In this document: piece by piece, positions 45,800 through 53,717 of the stretch
How positions within the stretch are numbered: position 1 is the stretch's first letter
Layout: each line of letters begins with the position of its first letter
The notes under the pieces: model-generated
The model's database searches: none
Seen by the model: the letters and a program-made list of their open reading frames with translations, nothing else
Told to the model about the DNA's origin: nothing
Made by a program: the position numbers and the translations under genes
From: Candidatus Woesearchaeota archaeon
Lineage (GTDB): Archaea; Nanobdellota; Nanobdellia; Pacearchaeales; GW2011-AR1
Reading direction: 5' to 3'
NCBI GenBank assembly: GCA_964612685.1
Contig: CAZTCF010000003.1
Span: forward strand, 3,685-67,684
DNA: 64,000 nucleotides

Positions 45800-46711
45800 T
45801 TACTGCTTACCCAACCAATCATAAGCAGACTTTGCTGCAATTGCTCCTTGGGAAGCAGCAACAACAACTTGCTTTAATTTATTATCTGTAACATCCCCCG
45901 CAGCATAAATACCGGGGATATTAGTGCTCATATTCTCATCAACCTTAATGAACTTTTCCGCGTCCATCTTCAAATCAAGTTTATTTGTGAATTCTGAAAG
46001 AGGAGAAGAACCTATTTCAATGAAAATCCCATCCACCTTTAAATTTTCTTTTTTGCCCTTTGAAAATAAGCTAATACTCTCAACTTTATCTTCTCCAATT
46101 ATCTCGATAGGTATTGAATTATAATGAATTTCAACATTTTCTTTTTGTTTCAATTTTTCTTCATTTATATTCTCGCATCTTAATTTCTCTCCTCTATAAA
46201 TTATATACAATTTTTTTGAGATATCTGAAAGAATAATTGCAGAAGTTGCAGCACAATCACTCCCCCCAATAACTGCTACATTTTTATTCTTAAAGAAAAA
46301 AGAATCACAAGTAGCACAATAGCTAACTCCTTTACCTAACAATTCAACTTCTCCAGGAATCTTTAACTTTTTTCTCTCAGTACCTGTAGCAATTATCAAA
46401 GACTTACATTTTAATTCTTGTTTAGCTGTTTTCACAATAAATTCTTTTCCTGATTTCTGCTTCTCAACTAAAGACACTTCTTCCAATATAAAATCAACTT
46501 CATATTCCTTAACTTGCTCATAAAATTTTTTCATAAGCTCAGGCCCAGAACCCCTAAATCCAGGCCAATTTTCAATCCTTAAAATAGAATTAGTTGTCCC
46601 CCCTATATCTTTAGAAATTATTCCAACCTTCAACCCATTTCTAGCTGAATATAATCCAGCAGTTAATCCAGCAGGACCAGCCCCAATTATTAATATATCA
46701 TATTTTTTCAT
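45800..46711 (-). CDS. trxB: thioredoxin reductase
   Basis: YDILIIGAGPAGLTAG, redox-active CATCD, a second GG.D dinucleotide fold, and AAGDV. Confidence 0.92.
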   Translation of the reverse strand: MKKYDILIIGAGPAGLTAGLYSARNGLKVGIISKDIGGTTNSILRIENWPGFRGSGPELMKKFYEQVKEYEVDFILEEVSLVEKQKSGKEFIVKTAKQELKCKSLIIATGTERKKLKIPGEVELLGKGVSYCATCDSFFFKNKNVAVIGGSDCAATSAIILSDISKKLYIIYRGEKLRCENINEEKLKQKENVEIHYNSIPIEIIGEDKVESISLFSKGKKENLKVDGIFIEIGSSPLSEFTNKLDLKMDAEKFIKVDENMSTNIPGIYAAGDVTDNKLKQVVVAASQGAIAAKSAYDWLGKQ

Positions 46712-46760
46712 CTTTCACTCCTAGCACATCTTAATAGAAATCTATTTTTAATACTTTTTA

Positions 46761-47696
46761 TTATTGAAAGGAAAACTTACTTGAAGGCCTACAAACTTCC
46801 TCCATCCCATCCTCATTAATAAAATAAACAATTGTTTGAACATTTTTAGGATTTTCAAGATGTTCTTCTAAAATTAAAACATATTTAGTAACCTGCTCAG
46901 AAGGTACAAGATTTCCCTCAACATCTATTACAAAGCTTGAAAATCCACTTTCATTTGTAAATACTAATTTTACCCCTCCCATCTGATCTTCCCCGGAACC
47001 CAATCTAGAAAGAACAACACTATAATTAGTTGTAACATTACTAACTTGATTTATATTTACAATTGTGCGTCCGCATTTTGTTTCTAAACTTGGAATACAT
47101 TTACTATTAAAACAAATATATCCCTCCCGAGTACACCCTCCAGCACATTGTCCTCCACATCCATCGTCTCCACACTCTGCCCCTGAAGGACAATAAATTA
47201 TACAGCTTGTAGTTCCAGAAGAACCAAAGATATACTCATCCCCCATATTACCTAAGTCTCCTTTTTTTATTTGAATATTCCCAATCTTTCTTTCCTTGAT
47301 TTCAAATTCAAAAACAGGACTTAAAGAAACTTTCTTCATCTTTGAAGCATTTGTAATATTTAATGAAAATAAAAATATCTTCGAACCCAATTCCTCTAAA
47401 GTTTCATTCACCAGAATTGTTTCAGTATGTTTCCCATCGTCCATAATAAATTTCATACCAATAAACTCCCCTTTTCCAATATTTCTCTTAACTAAAATAA
47501 GCAAAGAATTGTTATCCTTAATTTGAACCTGAGATAATTCAAGGTCTAAGGTATACTTTCCTAGAGTATTCTGCTCATTCTCATCTATAACTACTTCTTT
47601 TATAACAATGAAAGCAACTACAAGAAGTATAACAAACACAAAAATAAGTATTGCAGCAGTTTTTGAAAAACCTTTCTTACTCCCTCTTTTTAACAT
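46761..47696 (-). CDS. archaeal type IV pilin-like protein (class III signal peptide) with two copies of a shared beta-domain and a Cys-rich insert
   Basis: KKG/FSKTAAILIFVFVILLV N-terminus. C-terminal YSVVLSRLGSGEDQMGGVKLVFTNESG...VYFINEDG..EVC is paralogous to 50579..51160 and 55113..55589. Confidence 0.7.
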   Translation of the reverse strand: MLKRGSKKGFSKTAAILIFVFVILLVVAFIVIKEVVIDENEQNTLGKYTLDLELSQVQIKDNNSLLILVKRNIGKGEFIGMKFIMDDGKHTETILVNETLEELGSKIFLFSLNITNASKMKKVSLSPVFEFEIKERKIGNIQIKKGDLGNMGDEYIFGSSGTTSCIIYCPSGAECGDDGCGGQCAGGCTREGYICFNSKCIPSLETKCGRTIVNINQVSNVTTNYSVVLSRLGSGEDQMGGVKLVFTNESGFSSFVIDVEGNLVPSEQVTKYVLILEEHLENPKNVQTIVYFINEDGMEEVCRPSSKFSFQ

Positions 47697-47746
47697 CTAA
47701 AGATAAAGAGAGTGTATTTTAAAAAGATATTCAAAAGATTAAGAAG

Positions 47747-47818
47747 GGCGGATGGAGGGAATCGAACCCTCTCTATACGGACCACAACCGTACGTACTAC
47801 CGTTATACTACAACCGCC
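47747..47818 (-). tRNA. tRNA-His (anticodon GTG) with genome-encoded G-1
   Basis: Folded by hand. G-1 plus acceptor GCGGTTG/CATCCGC (one U-U mismatch at 5:68). D-arm GTAT-AACGGTA-GTAC. Anticodon stem TACGG/CCGTA with loop TTGTGGT. T-arm GAGGG-TTCGATT-CCCTC. Discriminator C. No encoded CCA. Confidence 0.9.
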
Positions 47819-47892
47819 AATACATATGTCGGTTCTAAACTTTGAACCAACCAATTTTACTAAATTAGAAGACTTTTAATTCTTTTTGTTTT
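47805..47892 (-). repeat. repeat unit copy 1: first 14 nt of tRNA-His (47805..47818), upstream leader, and 28-nt box TTAGAAGACTTTTAATTCTTTTTGTTTT (47865..47892)
   Basis: Compared by eye with copies 2 and 3. Read on the minus strand the box is AAAACAAAAAGAATTAAAAGTCTTCTAA, which is BRE/TATA-like and lies about 50-60 nt upstream of tRNA-His. Confidence 0.7.
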
Positions 47893-47944
47893 GCTAAATA
47901 AACATTAACGATATATTTTAAAATAAGTAGTTCTTTTAGTAATC

Positions 47945-48283
47945 ATGAAAAAGAGTACCATTGGTCTTATTATTATACTATCAATAGGGTTACTATTTTT
48001 CATTGTTTTATTTTTTTGGGGGAGTAGTTGTAAAACTATAACACAATGTTGGATAAATGAAAGTCAGTTAAATAATATAAGTTGTAAATCAGACAAAGAT
48101 TGTAAATGTGTTGGATGTTGGGAAAGTAATAGTTCCAATACGAAATATATTAGTGCAATTTGTAATTTAGAAACTTTTAAATGTGTTTCTCCAGAAGCAA
48201 ATTATGAAATAGCTAACCTTGTATGCACAAATGAAAGAACGTGTTCAAATGTAGGTGGCGAGTTTCATTCTGGGGGCTGTTAA
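47945..48283 (+). CDS. small anchored Cys-rich protein (cassette ORF 1), paralog of 36982..37257
   Basis: N-terminal TM, many Cys, CNLETFKCV and a C-terminal CSNVGGEFHSGGC-stop. Confidence 0.6.
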   Translation: MKKSTIGLIIILSIGLLFFIVLFFWGSSCKTITQCWINESQLNNISCKSDKDCKCVGCWESNSSNTKYISAICNLETFKCVSPEANYEIANLVCTNERTCSNVGGEFHSGGC

Positions 48284-48289
48284 TAGTTG

Positions 48290-48378
48290 TACTACAACCG
48301 CCATGAAAATGTGCAGTTGTGAAATTAATCACAGCACTAATTTAACCAATTTAGAAGACTTTTAATTCTTTTTGTTTT
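48290..48378 (-). repeat. repeat unit copy 2: 13 nt of the tRNA-His 5' end (48290..48302), a divergent spacer with a hairpin, and the 28-nt box (48351..48378)
   Basis: TACTACAACCGCC and TTAGAAGACTTTTAATTCTTTTTGTTTT are identical to copy 1. The spacer differs (GTGCAGTTGTGA-AATTAA-TCACAGCAC hairpin). Confidence 0.7.
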
Positions 48379-48441
48379 GTTCTTTTTAAGTTAATAGTTT
48401 CTTTTAGATAGATTTTTATTGTTCTTATATCTGGCTTAATT

Positions 48442-48753
48442 ATGGTAAAAAAATATCTCCCTCCACATCATATTCCTTTTAAAACAATCTTTGGTTATAA
48501 TACATTTAGGTTTCTCACTTTCCCAATTTTTATCTCATTATCCTTATTTATGGTTGTAGTATTTGGTCTTGATTGGCACATAGTAATATTTGTTTTATTT
48601 GCATTACTTTTTTTATGGAGAGATAGTGAAAAAGAATTTTTTATGTATAAAGAAAATTTATCAGAAGATATATTTGAATTTATTATTTGGATATTAATTC
48701 TAATTGTCACAATGATTATGTTTGGACCATTTTTATCAAACTTTGGTAGTTGA
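48442..48753 (+). CDS. small 3-TM membrane protein (cassette ORF 2)
   Basis: ORF with three hydrophobic segments. Its upstream region shares TAGTT(T)CTTTTAG with the region upstream of cassette ORF 1. Confidence 0.5.
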   Translation: MVKKYLPPHHIPFKTIFGYNTFRFLTFPIFISLSLFMVVVFGLDWHIVIFVLFALLFLWRDSEKEFFMYKENLSEDIFEFIIWILILIVTMIMFGPFLSNFGS

Positions 48754-48760
48754 TAGCATA

Positions 48761-48856
48761 ATACTACAACCGCCAATATATATGTCGGTTCACGAATATA
48801 CATTCATTAAACCAACTAAAATTACTAATTTAGAAGACTTTTAATTCTTTTTGTTT
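48761..48856 (-). repeat. repeat unit copy 3: 14 nt of the tRNA-His 5' end (48761..48774), a leader similar to copy 1, and the box (48830..48856) overlapping the last codons of the thioredoxin-like gene
   Basis: ATACTACAACCGCCAATA(T/C)ATATGTCGGTTC is shared with copy 1. The box encodes the C-terminal NKKN-stop of 48841..49080. Confidence 0.7.
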
Positions 48857-49080
48857 ATCAATTTCACAATTTCTTCTGGAGACAAAACCCTACCAAAAGA
48901 GATAACCTTTTCATCAATTACCAGGGCAGGAGTAGACATAACCCCATATTCAATGATCTTAGCCATGTCCGTAACTTTTTCTACATCTGCTTTTATCTTT
49001 AATTCTTCTAAAGCCTTTTTTGTATTTGCTTCAAGAACCTTACAATTTGGACATCCTGAGCCTAAAATTTTTATTTTCAT
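48841..49080 (-). CDS. thioredoxin-fold 'redox-active disulfide protein 2'-like protein
   Basis: 79 aa. MKIKILGSGCPNCK (CxxC at the N-terminus of helix 1). Confidence 0.85.
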   Translation of the reverse strand: MKIKILGSGCPNCKVLEANTKKALEELKIKADVEKVTDMAKIIEYGVMSTPALVIDEKVISFGRVLSPEEIVKLINKKN

Positions 49081-49298
49081 TATTTTTTACTCCTTAATCC
49101 AATAATTGATACAATTAATCCAGCAAGGAAAACTACAAAACCGTAAACACATGAAGGAAGGGTAAATATCTTTGTACTACATGAACCTCCCAAAGCACAA
49201 ACTTGCTGAAAAATTTCAGTATAACTTAAATAACCAGAAAATAAAACTCCTGCAAGTGAAATATAAAAGAGTGTCTTTAATGCTGTTTGTTTTTTCAT
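49080..49298 (-). CDS. small 2-TM Cys-containing membrane protein resembling the N-terminal half of VKOR-family proteins
   Basis: LAGVLFSGYLSYTEIFQQVCALGGSCSTKIFTLPSCVYG. The ATG at 49298 is preceded by AAGGAGGT. Confidence 0.55.
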   Translation of the reverse strand: MKKQTALKTLFYISLAGVLFSGYLSYTEIFQQVCALGGSCSTKIFTLPSCVYGFVVFLAGLIVSIIGLRSKK

Positions 49299-49348
49299 TT
49301 TTTGTACCTCCTTACATATTGATGAATACCAATATTTAAATCTCTCGT

Positions 49349-50059
49349 TTAAAACCAAATTTTTATCGTATAATAAACTCCAACAATTAAAAATACAAAT
49401 GCAATCACATACCTAGCATACTTTTCAAAAGTTTGAACTTTATTCATTACCCTTCCTATTTTAGCTACACTAAATGTTAAGATAAACGCAAAGATTATTA
49501 CTGGAAGTCCTGTTGCAAGAGAGAATACAGATGGAATTAGGAAAGCATCAGAATATTTCAACGCTAAAGGAATTAACATCCCAAAAAACAAGACAGCACT
49601 AAATGGACAGAAAGCAAAGGCAAATAAAACTCCCAATAAAAAACTTCCAAGATATCCTTTCTCTGAAAGTTTCTCCTTTATCTTATTCATTCTATTTCCA
49701 GATTTCAAGTGAGGAAATTTTATAACGTTCAACATTACTAATCCTATGAATATCAATAAAGGTCCTAATATCATTGTCCCATATTTTTGCAAGAACAGAG
49801 ATATGGCTTGAACGTTAACTCCAATATAAACAATTAATGCTGCAAGAAGAACATAAGTGAACATTCTTCCAAGAGTATAAACAAATCCGGTCAATAATGT
49901 TTTTTTACCATTATCTATCTTCTTGGAAATATAAGCAATAGCTGTTATATTTGTTGCTAAAGGACAAGGGCTTATTGCAGTCATTAATCCAATAAAAAAT
50001 GCAGCAATTAATGGAAAACTGCTTGTTGACATAGCTTCCATAAAAGACATTAAACTCAT
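49349..50059 (-). CDS. ccdA: CcdA/DsbD-type transmembrane thiol-disulfide electron transporter
   Basis: Six TM helices, with Cys in TM1 (AISPCPLATN) and TM4 (AFCPFSAV). Confidence 0.8.
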   Translation of the reverse strand: MSLMSFMEAMSTSSFPLIAAFFIGLMTAISPCPLATNITAIAYISKKIDNGKKTLLTGFVYTLGRMFTYVLLAALIVYIGVNVQAISLFLQKYGTMILGPLLIFIGLVMLNVIKFPHLKSGNRMNKIKEKLSEKGYLGSFLLGVLFAFAFCPFSAVLFFGMLIPLALKYSDAFLIPSVFSLATGLPVIIFAFILTFSVAKIGRVMNKVQTFEKYARYVIAFVFLIVGVYYTIKIWF

Positions 50060-50060
50060 A

Positions 50061-50522
50061 TTAACTTCCTGCTAACTTCCCTTCAATAACCCCTTTTAAA
50101 TAATTCATATAATCTTCTTTATTACTTATTTTATACCAAACATTTACGTTTTCTTCTTTAACGAAACTTCCATCTTTCCCATAAGTTCCAATTAACAATG
50201 AAGAACCCTTAGCTTCATATTTATCCACAAGTTCTTTGTTCTCAGACAAATCAATATTAATAGAAGCAAAAACGACTTTCCCTGATTTTAGTTGATCAGA
50301 AAAATAAGTATTGATTGTTTCTTCTGCATACGCCCCAACCGTCTTGCAAGAATAACACTGCTCAGTTGTATGGAAATGATAAATCTCTACTTTTTCAACC
50401 TCTCCAGAAATTTTAACCTTATCTCCAGAAGTATTCCCAGCAATGTATTTTGGAACCATTACTGCAATTACCAATAATACAGCCACACCCATTATAATAT
50501 AAGCATAATTATTCTTGTTCAT
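50061..50522 (-). CDS. membrane-anchored CxxC protein (thioredoxin-like, extracytoplasmic)
   Basis: The track start is a TTG. The ATG gives MNKNNYAYIIMGVAVLLVIAV (anchor), followed by HFHTTEQCYSCK. Confidence 0.6.
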   Translation of the reverse strand: MNKNNYAYIIMGVAVLLVIAVMVPKYIAGNTSGDKVKISGEVEKVEIYHFHTTEQCYSCKTVGAYAEETINTYFSDQLKSGKVVFASINIDLSENKELVDKYEAKGSSLLIGTYGKDGSFVKEENVNVWYKISNKEDYMNYLKGVIEGKLAGS

Positions 50523-50548
50523 TTGGTATCTTAGTCTAATGAATTTCA

Positions 50549-50571
50549 AAGACTTTTAATTCTTTTTGTTT
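50549..50571 (-). promoter_or_regulatory. fourth copy of the box (AAGACTTTTAATTCTTTTTGTTT); promoter-like element about 30-35 nt upstream of the ATG at 50522
   Basis: 23/23 identical to the core of the three boxes near tRNA-His. On the minus strand it reads AAACAAAAAGAATTAAAAGTCTT, similar to the AAAGATTTATAAA-type boxes upstream of other genes here. Confidence 0.5.
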
Positions 50572-50578
50572 CCTCAAT

Positions 50579-51160
50579 TTAATAAACTTCAAAACTGTTA
50601 GAATTATCGCAAAATTGTTTATTACCGTAATCGTCTAAAAAGTAAACAATAACATCAACTTTATTGGGATTTTCCAGCTTTTCCTCAGGGATACTAACCC
50701 GGATAGTTTCTTCAAAGATATCTCCTGGAACATCATAAATATGAACTCCCACATTATCCCTATTGGTAAAAACTAAACTAACCCCTCCAATAATTTCATT
50801 TCCATCATTAAATCCTCTTGAAAGAGTTACATCATATACCTCGGGCATTATGTTCACAATACCAATCACCCTAACTTCAGTATTAGCACACTTATAGCTC
50901 AAACTGGAGTATAAATCCCCCTCGTTAACAGTATTTCTAATTCCTATCCAAGCAATTCCTATGAGTATCATTAAGATAAAGAAAAGAAAGAAAATACTTC
51001 CAATAACAATAGAAACAATTGCCATCCACTCTCCTTTTTCATGAGTCTTCTTTATTTGAGAAAGAGAAATTATTCCTAAGATAAATCCAACGGGAAAAAA
51101 TAAAAATGTAAATACAAGTGCTAATATAGCTAAAGTATTGTATCCATTCTCCTCTCCCAT
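50579..51160 (-). CDS. membrane protein with the pilin-family C-terminal beta-domain
   Basis: The C-terminal YDVTLSRGFNDGNEIIGGVSLVFTNRDN...VIVYFLDDYGNKQFCDNSNSFEVY is paralogous to 55113..55589 and 46761..47696. The N-terminus has 3 TM helices rather than a class III signal peptide. Confidence 0.65.
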   Translation of the reverse strand: MGEENGYNTLAILALVFTFLFFPVGFILGIISLSQIKKTHEKGEWMAIVSIVIGSIFFLFFILMILIGIAWIGIRNTVNEGDLYSSLSYKCANTEVRVIGIVNIMPEVYDVTLSRGFNDGNEIIGGVSLVFTNRDNVGVHIYDVPGDIFEETIRVSIPEEKLENPNKVDVIVYFLDDYGNKQFCDNSNSFEVY

Positions 51161-51255
51161 AAAAAAAATAATAAAACCCTAGATATAAATCTTTCTAAAA
51201 TAAGAAAGAAACCTTTAAATAACGAATTTCATTTATTTAAAGGATAGAGGTGAAG

Positions 51256-53673
51256 ATGGATAAGAAAAAAGAGAAAATTCTATGGTTCAATGAATTGTCA
51301 ATTGAAGATGTCCCACTTGTAGGAGGAAAAAATGCTTCTTTAGGAGAAATGTACAGAGAACTTCATAAAAAAGGAGTTAAGGTTCCAAACGGATTTGCTA
51401 TAACTGCAAACGCATACAGATATTTTATTGAAGAGGCCGGGATAAAAGATAAAATAAAAAAGATTCTTTCAGATTTAAACACTCACGATATGAAAAATCT
51501 TTCTGAAAGAGGAGAAAAAGTAAGAGATGCAATACTCTCAAGTGAATTACCAAAAGACCTTGAAGAAGAAATAATAAGAAACTATGAAAAACTATGCAAA
51601 GAATACAAAAGAAATAATCTAGATGTTGCAGTTAGAAGTTCTGCAACCGCAGAAGATTTGCCAGATGCAAGTTTTGCAGGACAACAAGAGACTTTCCTAA
51701 ATATAAAAGGACATAAGGCTTTAATAGAATCATGTAAAAAATGTTTTGCATCTTTATTTACAAACAGAGCAATATCTTACAGGGTGGACAAAGGATTTGA
51801 TCATTTTAGTATTGCATTATCGGTATGTGTTCAAAAGATGGTAAGAAGCGATTTAGCATGTTCTGGAGTAATGTTCTCTATTGATACAGAATCTGGATTT
51901 AAAGATGCTGTATTCATTACTTCGTCTTATGGATTGGGAGAAAATATAGTATTAGGAGTTGTAAATCCAGATGAGTACTATGTACATAAACCCACCTTAA
52001 AACAAGGATATAAACCAATAATCTCAAGAAAGCTGGGAGATAAAATTCAGAAATTAATTTATTCTCATGAGGGAACAAAACCCACAAAAAATGTCTCGGT
52101 AGATCCGGAAGATAGAAAAAAATTCTCTCTCGAAGATAAAGAAGTGTTACAACTTGCAAAATGGGCATGTATAATTGAAGATCATTATAGCGAAAAAGCA
52201 AAAAAATTCAAGCCTATGGACATGGAATGGGCAAAAGATGGGCAAACAGGAGAATTGTTTATTGTTCAGGCAAGACCCGAGACTGTAAACAGTCAAAAAG
52301 ATATGAATATACTTGAAGAATACATTCTAAAACAAAAAGGAAAAATAATTGTGGAAGGAGGGAGTGTTGGATCAAAAATAGGATGCGGAAGAGCAAATGT
52401 AATCAAAGACGTTTCAGGAATTAATAATTTCAAAAAAGGAGAAGTATTGGTAACAGATATGACAGATCCTGATTGGGAACCCATAATGAAAATAGCTTCA
52501 GCAATAGTAACAAACAGAGGGGGAAGAACCTGTCATGCTGCAATTATCTCGCGTGAGCTAGGAATTCCTTGTGTTGTTGGAACAAACAAAGGAACTGAGA
52601 AAATAAAGAAAGGACAGAATATAACTGTAAGCTGTGCCGAAGGAGAAAGAGGAAAAGTCTATGAAGGAATATTAAAATACGAAGTTCAAAAACATAATTT
52701 AAAAGAATTAGGAAAGATAAAAACAAAGCTAATGATGAATATAGGTGCTCCAGACCAGGCATTCGAACAAAGTTTCACTCCAAACGAAGGGGTAGGACTT
52801 GCAAGAGAAGAATTCATAATTAATTCTCATATTAAAATACATCCTATGGCATTGGTAAATTACAATAAGATAAAAGATGAAAAATTAAAAGAAGAAATTG
52901 ATGAATTAACTCACGGATACAAAAACAAAGAACAATATTTCATAGACAAACTAGCAGAAGGTATTGGGATGATTGCAGCTGCATTTTACCCAAAAGATGT
53001 AATTGTCAGAACAAGTGATTTCAAGACAAACGAGTACGCAAACCTAATTGGAGGAAAAGAATACGAGCCAAAAGAGGAAAACCCTATGATTGGATGGAGA
53101 GGAGCTTCAAGATATTACAAAAATGAATACAAACCAGGATTTATCCTTGAATGTAAAGCATTCAAAAAAGTAAGAGAAGAATTTGGATTAAAAAATGTAA
53201 AAATAATGATTCCATTTTGCAGAACAGTAGATGAAGGTAAAAAAGTGTTAAAAATAATGGAAGAAAATGGGCTTAAAAGAGGGAAAAACGATTTAGAAGT
53301 TTATGTAATGTGTGAGATACCTTCAAATGTAATACTTTGTGACCAATTCTCAGAAATATTTGATGGATTTTCAATAGGAAGTAATGATCTAACTCAATTA
53401 GCTCTTGGATTAGATAGAGATTCTTCAATAGTTTCAGATATATATGACGAAAGAAATGAAGCAGTAAAAAGACTTATAGCAGATGTTATAAAAAAATGTA
53501 AAATATATAAAAGAAAAATTGGAATATGTGGACAAGCCCCTTCAGATTTCCCGGATTTTGCACAATTCTTAGTTGAATGTGGAATAGATTCTATTTCATT
53601 GAATCCAGACACAATAATAAAAACGAGAGTTGCAATTGCTGAGACTGAAAAAAAATTAAGAAACAAAAAATAA
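51256..53673 (+). CDS. ppsA: phosphoenolpyruvate synthase (pyruvate, water dikinase)
   Basis: N-terminal ATP-grasp blocks, phospho-His motif GGRTCHAAIISRELGIPCVVG, and a C-terminal PEP-utilising TIM domain (GFSIGSNDLTQL). GAGGTGA SD before the ATG at 51256. Confidence 0.93.
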   Translation: MDKKKEKILWFNELSIEDVPLVGGKNASLGEMYRELHKKGVKVPNGFAITANAYRYFIEEAGIKDKIKKILSDLNTHDMKNLSERGEKVRDAILSSELPKDLEEEIIRNYEKLCKEYKRNNLDVAVRSSATAEDLPDASFAGQQETFLNIKGHKALIESCKKCFASLFTNRAISYRVDKGFDHFSIALSVCVQKMVRSDLACSGVMFSIDTESGFKDAVFITSSYGLGENIVLGVVNPDEYYVHKPTLKQGYKPIISRKLGDKIQKLIYSHEGTKPTKNVSVDPEDRKKFSLEDKEVLQLAKWACIIEDHYSEKAKKFKPMDMEWAKDGQTGELFIVQARPETVNSQKDMNILEEYILKQKGKIIVEGGSVGSKIGCGRANVIKDVSGINNFKKGEVLVTDMTDPDWEPIMKIASAIVTNRGGRTCHAAIISRELGIPCVVGTNKGTEKIKKGQNITVSCAEGERGKVYEGILKYEVQKHNLKELGKIKTKLMMNIGAPDQAFEQSFTPNEGVGLAREEFIINSHIKIHPMALVNYNKIKDEKLKEEIDELTHGYKNKEQYFIDKLAEGIGMIAAAFYPKDVIVRTSDFKTNEYANLIGGKEYEPKEENPMIGWRGASRYYKNEYKPGFILECKAFKKVREEFGLKNVKIMIPFCRTVDEGKKVLKIMEENGLKRGKNDLEVYVMCEIPSNVILCDQFSEIFDGFSIGSNDLTQLALGLDRDSSIVSDIYDERNEAVKRLIADVIKKCKIYKRKIGICGQAPSDFPDFAQFLVECGIDSISLNPDTIIKTRVAIAETEKKLRNKK

Positions 53674-53717
53674 GATTAATCCGCCAATCTTAAAAACTCC
53701 TATTTCTCTTTATTCTA

